Program-made: the position numbers and the translations under genes | Source: Gloeobacterales cyanobacterium | GTDB taxonomy: Bacteria > Cyanobacteriota > Cyanobacteriia > Gloeobacterales > PMM-0068 | NCBI GenBank assembly: GCA_038245785.1 | Contig: JBBRSB010000003.1 | Location: 1-64,000 of the forward strand | Direction: 5' to 3' | DNA: 64,000 bases | Part shown: piece by piece, positions 58,708 to 64,000 of the stretch | Position numbering within the stretch: position 1 is the stretch's first letter | Layout: the number at the start of each line of letters is the position of its first letter | Notes under the pieces: model-generated | Told to the model about the DNA's origin: nothing | Seen by the model: only the letters and a program-made list of their open reading frames with translations | Databases searched by the model: none

Positions 58708-59156
58708 GGTGTCGGGTCCTCTGAAATAGCAGGAGATGATTGCCAGCGTCGCTGGTCGAGCCATTGCTGGAGAATGAGCACGGCGGATTCTTGGTCTACG
58801 AGGGCTCGCCGTTTGGCAGCGGAGAGGTTCCTTGTGAGGAGGGTTCGCTTAGCTTGAACGGTGGTCAGTCGTTCGTCCACATAGTGAATGGGAAGATGGA
58901 AAGCTGCATCTAATTGATCGCCAAAACGTTGGACTTTTTGAGCTTGCTGACCTACACTACCATTCATATTTCGGGGCAATCCCAAAATCAACGCATCCAC
59001 ACGACGGAGAAGAATCCAATCTTGAAGCTTGGCCAAGTCTTGCTCCAAGCCTTGGCGTTCAATCGTGCCTAGGCCTGTTGCCACTAGACCCGTCGGGTCA
59101 GAGCCTGCCAAGCCAATGCGACGGTCTCCTACATCTAATCCCAAAGCTGAGACCAT
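58704..59156 (-). CDS. ruvX: YqgF/RuvX family nuclease
   Basis: ALGLDVGDRRIGLA, GLPRNMNG, VDERLTT, D..SA..ILQ. Confidence 0.93.
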   Translation of the reverse strand: MVSALGLDVGDRRIGLAGSDPTGLVATGLGTIERQGLEQDLAKLQDWILLRRVDALILGLPRNMNGSVGQQAQKVQRFGDQLDAAFHLPIHYVDERLTTVQAKRTLLTRNLSAAKRRALVDQESAVLILQQWLDQRRWQSSPAISEDPTP

Positions 59157-59269
59157 AGTCTCCCAAAAACCCTTTGGACTATCCTAAAGGGCGACGGTAC
59201 AGGAAGCTAGTTTTTGCTAGATCTGTCTTTTGCAGCAGCAGTCTATGGAACAGGATTTAAAATATTTCC

Positions 59270-59539
59270 ATGCAAACAGTTATTCTGCTGAATTTCACCC
59301 TGACGCTTATTTGTTTGGTTCTTCTGTTCCAAGTCTTACGTTTGCTGCAGGTAGTGAGTGCTAAAGCTCAGGAATTAGAAGAAACAGTGGAGACCCTGAC
59401 CTTGGCGCTTCCACAGCTCCAGCTCCAAATTCGACAGGGCCACGATAAACTGCTTGCTCTTCAGCAAGTGCGTAAAGTTGTCGGCAGTGTGCTGAAGCAA
59501 TTACCAAAGGTTTACCATTTTCTGCGTAATAGAAGATAA
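59270..59539 (+). CDS. Hypothetical membrane-anchored coiled-coil protein
   Basis: N-terminal TM and helical body; first gene of an apparent operon with YtxH/DUF948. Confidence 0.65.
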   Translation: MQTVILLNFTLTLICLVLLFQVLRLLQVVSAKAQELEETVETLTLALPQLQLQIRQGHDKLLALQQVRKVVGSVLKQLPKVYHFLRNRR

Positions 59540-59583
59540 CGGAAGGAAGACAAGAGCAAATAAACGATTTAAAGTAAGAGAAA

Positions 59584-59946
59584 ATGGATACCGTTATGGC
59601 TGACGACAGTACTGGAAATTTTCTGGGGGGCTTTGTGCTCGGAGCCATGCTGGGTGGGATGACAGCTCTGCTCCTTGCTCCTAGAGCGGGTAGTGAAACC
59701 CGTCGCATCCTGCGCGATTCCGTCGACACTCTGCCTGACACAGCCGAAGATACGCTGGATAACCTGCAAGTGCAAGCAGACCGATTGGTCAAGCAAACCC
59801 GCCATAGCCTGGATGAAGCAATGGAGCGACTCCAAGAGGCCGTGGATGCAGCTCGGGTCGCTGCGGCCCGCAAACGCAGTGAACTAGACCCAGGGGCTCC
59901 CCCACCTGAAGGGGCTGACATCATGCCGGAGATTGAGTCTTCGTGA
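59584..59946 (+). CDS. YtxH domain protein
   Basis: FLGGFVLGAMLGGMTALLLAPRAGSETR. Confidence 0.88.
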   Translation: MDTVMADDSTGNFLGGFVLGAMLGGMTALLLAPRAGSETRRILRDSVDTLPDTAEDTLDNLQVQADRLVKQTRHSLDEAMERLQEAVDAARVAAARKRSELDPGAPPPEGADIMPEIESS

Positions 59947-60317
59947 TGGATCCTCAGTTCTGGATAGGAATTTCAGCAGGACTTCTAGGGGCGGCACTTT
60001 TGGCCCTGGTCTTATCCCTACTGCCCCTTTTGGCCCAACTGACCCGTACGGCCCGCAGTGCGGAGCGACTTTTGGACTTGGTAGAACGGGAATTGCCTCC
60101 CATCCTGGATGCGTTGCAGCAAACCACGGCCGAAGTTTCCGATATTTCCCAAGAGGTAGGCGGTGGACTGAAGCGGGTCAACCAAACGGTTGATGCGGTG
60201 GGTACTGGCTTGGGTGTTTTTCAGACGGGTGTTTCCCAGGTCAATGTGCGCTCCAGGGCCTGGGCTGCTGGGGCAAAAGCGGCCTGGAAGACTTTGAGAC
60301 AGCCTAAGTCAGATTAA
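59943..60317 (+). CDS. DUF948 domain protein
   Basis: DPQFWIGIS..ARSAERLLD..RELPPIL. Confidence 0.82.
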   Translation: MMDPQFWIGISAGLLGAALLALVLSLLPLLAQLTRTARSAERLLDLVERELPPILDALQQTTAEVSDISQEVGGGLKRVNQTVDAVGTGLGVFQTGVSQVNVRSRAWAAGAKAAWKTLRQPKSD

Positions 60318-60389
60318 CTGTGCGCAGAATAGGCAGTTTCCCGTACAATGGTTGCTCATCCATCCTCTTACGCAGTGGAGACCAGGCGT

Positions 60390-60491
60390 ATGCCTAGCAC
60401 TATTATTTCTTTAATTCTTCTGTTTGTCCTCTTGGCGATGGGACCTGCAGTCATCTTCTTCTGGTGGCTCAAGAAGGGTTCTGTCGGCTAA
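60390..60491 (+). CDS. psb30: Psb30/Ycf12-like PSII small subunit (33 aa, missed by the ORF track)
   Basis: MPSTIISLILLFVLLAMGPAVIFFWWLKKGSVG: single helix with GP.xIF and a basic-basic-Gly end; GGAG upstream. Confidence 0.62.
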   Translation: MPSTIISLILLFVLLAMGPAVIFFWWLKKGSVG

Positions 60492-60501
60492 TCCAAGTGC
60501 A

Positions 60502-61755
60502 TTAAATAGGCGAAGACGGGTTTAGAAGGTTTAAAAAGTACCCAACCAGGTACAAAGACCCGCATAGTACTGTTCGTTTGTTTGTTGGCTGTTCTTTCTC
60601 AAGAGTAGCCAAAGCTTTTTCCAAGGTTAGATACGCCTCATATAGCTCCAAATCAGGACAGATGCGCTTCGCTTCTTGAGCTAGATTGACTGGAGATACG
60701 GTTGCGGCAGAAGGCACCGGAACGGCAGAAAATTGGTCTCCAGGTCGCAGCAGCAATTGGAGCATAGCGCTGTAGCTTTTAGTATTCAGAACGCCCATGA
60801 TCCAGTGGATAGGCTGTTCTCCTAAGTAGGATCGGAGGGCCAGTGCTGCCTCTGTATTGTGCGCTCCATCGATCAAGAGGGGATGACCTTGATAGACCAC
60901 TTCCTGATAGCGTCCGGGCCACTGTGCCTGCGCTAATCCTTCTTTCATAGAGGTTTCTGGCAAACCTAATACATGCCCGACCTGGAGGGCTAGGGCACTA
61001 TTCTGTCCCTGTATACATCCCAGGAGCTGAGTCGTGTATGTAAAGTTCCCCACGCACCAGCCTTCTTGGGCCATTTTGGCAGGATTTACCCAATAAAGCG
61101 GAGCTGCCAGGTCTTTAGCTTTTTGCTCGACGACTTTTAGGGCTTCTATCGGCAAATTTCCGACGACTACAGGCACACCCGGTTTGATAATCCCTGCTTT
61201 CTCCTTGGCAATCTCCGCCAGCGTATCTCCTAAGCGGTCCTGATGGTCAAAACCAATGCTGGTGATAACCGTAGCGACCGGATGATCAAAGACATTGGTG
61301 GCATCTAAGCGTCCTCCCAAGCCAACTTCCACTACAACGTGATCTAACTTTTCTTGGGCAAAATAGCCAAAAGCCGCTGCCGTAAAGGCTTCAAACTGAG
61401 TAATTTGGAGCTGCGGATGCTGTTCTAAAATAGTCGCTACTTTTTGCAGGGCTTGATTCAAAGCATCTGGAGTAATCGACTGTCCGCGCACCCAAATCCG
61501 TTCGGGCCAGTCGATGAGATGAGGAGAGGTATAGCGTCCAGTGGCATAGCCACTGCTGTGCAGCATTTGCGCTATGTAGGCACAGGTAGAACCTTTCCCA
61601 TTCGTCCCCGCTACATGAATAACCTGCAAGGACTGATGCGGATTGCCCATCAGCGCCAGCAGTTCCCGAATCGGCTCCAAGCCTAGCTCGATGCCAAAGC
61701 GGTCCAATCCGTTGAGGAACCGCGTATAGAAGAAGGGCGATTCTACGATGGTCAT
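60502..61755 (-). CDS. folC: Folylpolyglutamate synthase/dihydrofolate synthase
   Basis: HVAGTNGKGS, YTSPHL, EVGLGGRLDATN, IDGAHN, GSLYL. Confidence 0.94.
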   Translation of the reverse strand: MTIVESPFFYTRFLNGLDRFGIELGLEPIRELLALMGNPHQSLQVIHVAGTNGKGSTCAYIAQMLHSSGYATGRYTSPHLIDWPERIWVRGQSITPDALNQALQKVATILEQHPQLQITQFEAFTAAAFGYFAQEKLDHVVVEVGLGGRLDATNVFDHPVATVITSIGFDHQDRLGDTLAEIAKEKAGIIKPGVPVVVGNLPIEALKVVEQKAKDLAAPLYWVNPAKMAQEGWCVGNFTYTTQLLGCIQGQNSALALQVGHVLGLPETSMKEGLAQAQWPGRYQEVVYQGHPLLIDGAHNTEAALALRSYLGEQPIHWIMGVLNTKSYSAMLQLLLRPGDQFSAVPVPSAATVSPVNLAQEAKRICPDLELYEAYLTLEKALATLEKEQPTNKRTVLCGSLYLVGYFLNLLNPSSPI

Positions 61756-61779
61756 TCGGTCATAAAAAAGGGTGAAATC

Positions 61780-61871
61780 TGGCGGAGAGAGAGGGATTCG
61801 AACCCTCGACACAGTTTAACCCGTGTAACAACTTAGCAGGTTGCCGCTTTCGACCACTCAGCCATCTCTCC
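61780..61871 (-). tRNA. tRNA-Ser(GCT) with encoded CCA
   Basis: GGAGAGATGGCTGAGTGGTCGAAAGCGGCAACCT-GCT-AAGTTG, long variable arm, GGGTTCGAATCCC, CTCTCCGCCA. Confidence 0.95.
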
Positions 61872-61919
61872 GGGTTCAGTGATCGTACCATAGCCGACTG
61901 TGGTTTGGCTGATTCATTA

Positions 61920-62036
61920 CCCCTCAGTCCCTTCGACTCCGCTCAGAGAGCTCCCTGTAAGCGTGTCCGGCAGGCGTGGTCCCCGAGCCGTGCCGAGGGG
62001 CAGCCGAGAAGCTCACGTGCGGAGTCGAAGGGAGCC
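61920..62036. repeat. Composite palindromic repeat upstream of tRNA-Ser
   Basis: Starts CCCCTCAGTCCCT like the 43413 repeat; 15-bp inverted repeat TCCCTTCGACTCCGC (61928-61942) / GCGGAGTCGAAGGGA (62019-62033). Confidence 0.7.
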
Positions 62037-62260
62037 TATTCTGGGAGCAAAAGGATTGACCGGATTTAGCTACAGACAATGCTAAAGCAATAGATTACTG
62101 CATCATTTGTGAAACGGAGCCTAAACTTTCTAAATGGCAGGTGTCGTAGGTCTGAGGCTTTTCCGGGGCTTTTGCCATCCACTTCAAGAATCATGTTCAT
62201 ATACTGTCCTCGCATCCCCTTAAGTTGTAATCGTGTACCCATAGCTTTCTCTACCCAGAA

Positions 62261-62303
62261 AGGGCTCCCCTTTGAGGGGAGCTGTCCCGTAGGGACTGAG
62301 GGG
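62261..62303 (-). repeat. Copy of the CCCCTCAGTCCCTACGGGACAGCTCCCC repeat
   Basis: GGGCTCCCCTTTGAGGGGAGCTGTCCCGTAGGGACTGAGGGG contains the exact reverse complement of 43413-43440. Confidence 0.85.
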
Positions 62304-62559
62304 TTGATCTTGACTCCTCAGTTCATCTGTGATTATGATGACTCCAAAGCATTTGACTCGCACTATGTTTCGGTCACAGCAGCTATCCCTACGCATGAAT
62401 CTTGACCTACAGCTAGGTCTAGGGCTGCTCCTGCGACTATCATAAGCATTTTTTCGTCGCTGCTATTCAAGATTTCCTAATTCGCATAGCTAACTGGTTC
62501 TCTCCTGTCAGAGCCATCTTTATGCGCATTAACCTTTAGTTTTATCCATGGAGAATTCT

Positions 62560-64000
<1,441 letters not shown>

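Noticed and set aside
59179..59194. Possible island box (CTATCCTAAAGGGCGA) before the YtxH/DUF948 operon
   Set aside because: No TAN3T hexamer at 22-23 nt, and the sequence may be part of the divergent ruvX promoter
59361..59924. 187-aa antisense ORF and similar shadow ORFs in the track
   Set aside because: They lie opposite well-supported genes and have no motifs
61756..61812. Extended folC N-terminus
   Set aside because: It overlaps tRNA-Ser; start placed at 61755
61780..61871. tRNA-Ser as an integration site
   Set aside because: No integrase or duplicated tRNA 3' end is seen; folC follows directly
43413..62303. Dispersed repeats as a CRISPR array
   Set aside because: No regular repeat-spacer periodicity and no cas genes

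Overview
Cyanobacterial chromosomal window, possibly from an early-branching, HIP1-poor lineage (inference), with three parts. (1) About 0.3-20 kb is a compact general-stress/desiccation island. It holds a biliverdin-type bacteriophytochrome kinase, a hybrid REC-kinase, an Rcp-like receiver, an OrrA-like NarL regulator, an adjacent HCP + CTDH pair (split orange carotenoid protein), psb35-like and dps genes, AvaK/DUF2382 proteins, redox enzymes, an ElaB/YqjE/DUF3618 operon, a CHASE3-PAS kinase and DUF1328/GlsB. About 12 promoters there share one imperfect palindrome (consensus approximately TMTWYC-N4-GRWAGA), mostly 22-23 nt upstream of a TAN3T-like -10 box, so the island looks like a single self-contained regulon. 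(2) About 20-38.5 kb is accessory: decayed pseudogenes, maa, TetR-MFS, a SusB-type sucrose synthase with a GH65/beta-PGM fusion, a membrane-anchored P450 with an ABC exporter pair, fasciclin and a tandem duplication. (3) About 38.5-64 kb is mostly core genes: bioY, clpS, labA-like, metG, an M23 peptidase, a cobalamin riboswitch-cbiX-cbtB operon, cobOWNH, serS, mltG, ruvX, psb30-like, folC, tRNA-Ser(GCT) and a partial leuA. This part also carries small palindromic repeats, two of them inside reading frames, a REC-PstS pseudogene with two amber stops, and a Leu-rich leader ORF before leuA. All assignments come from reading motifs by eye; no database searches were run.
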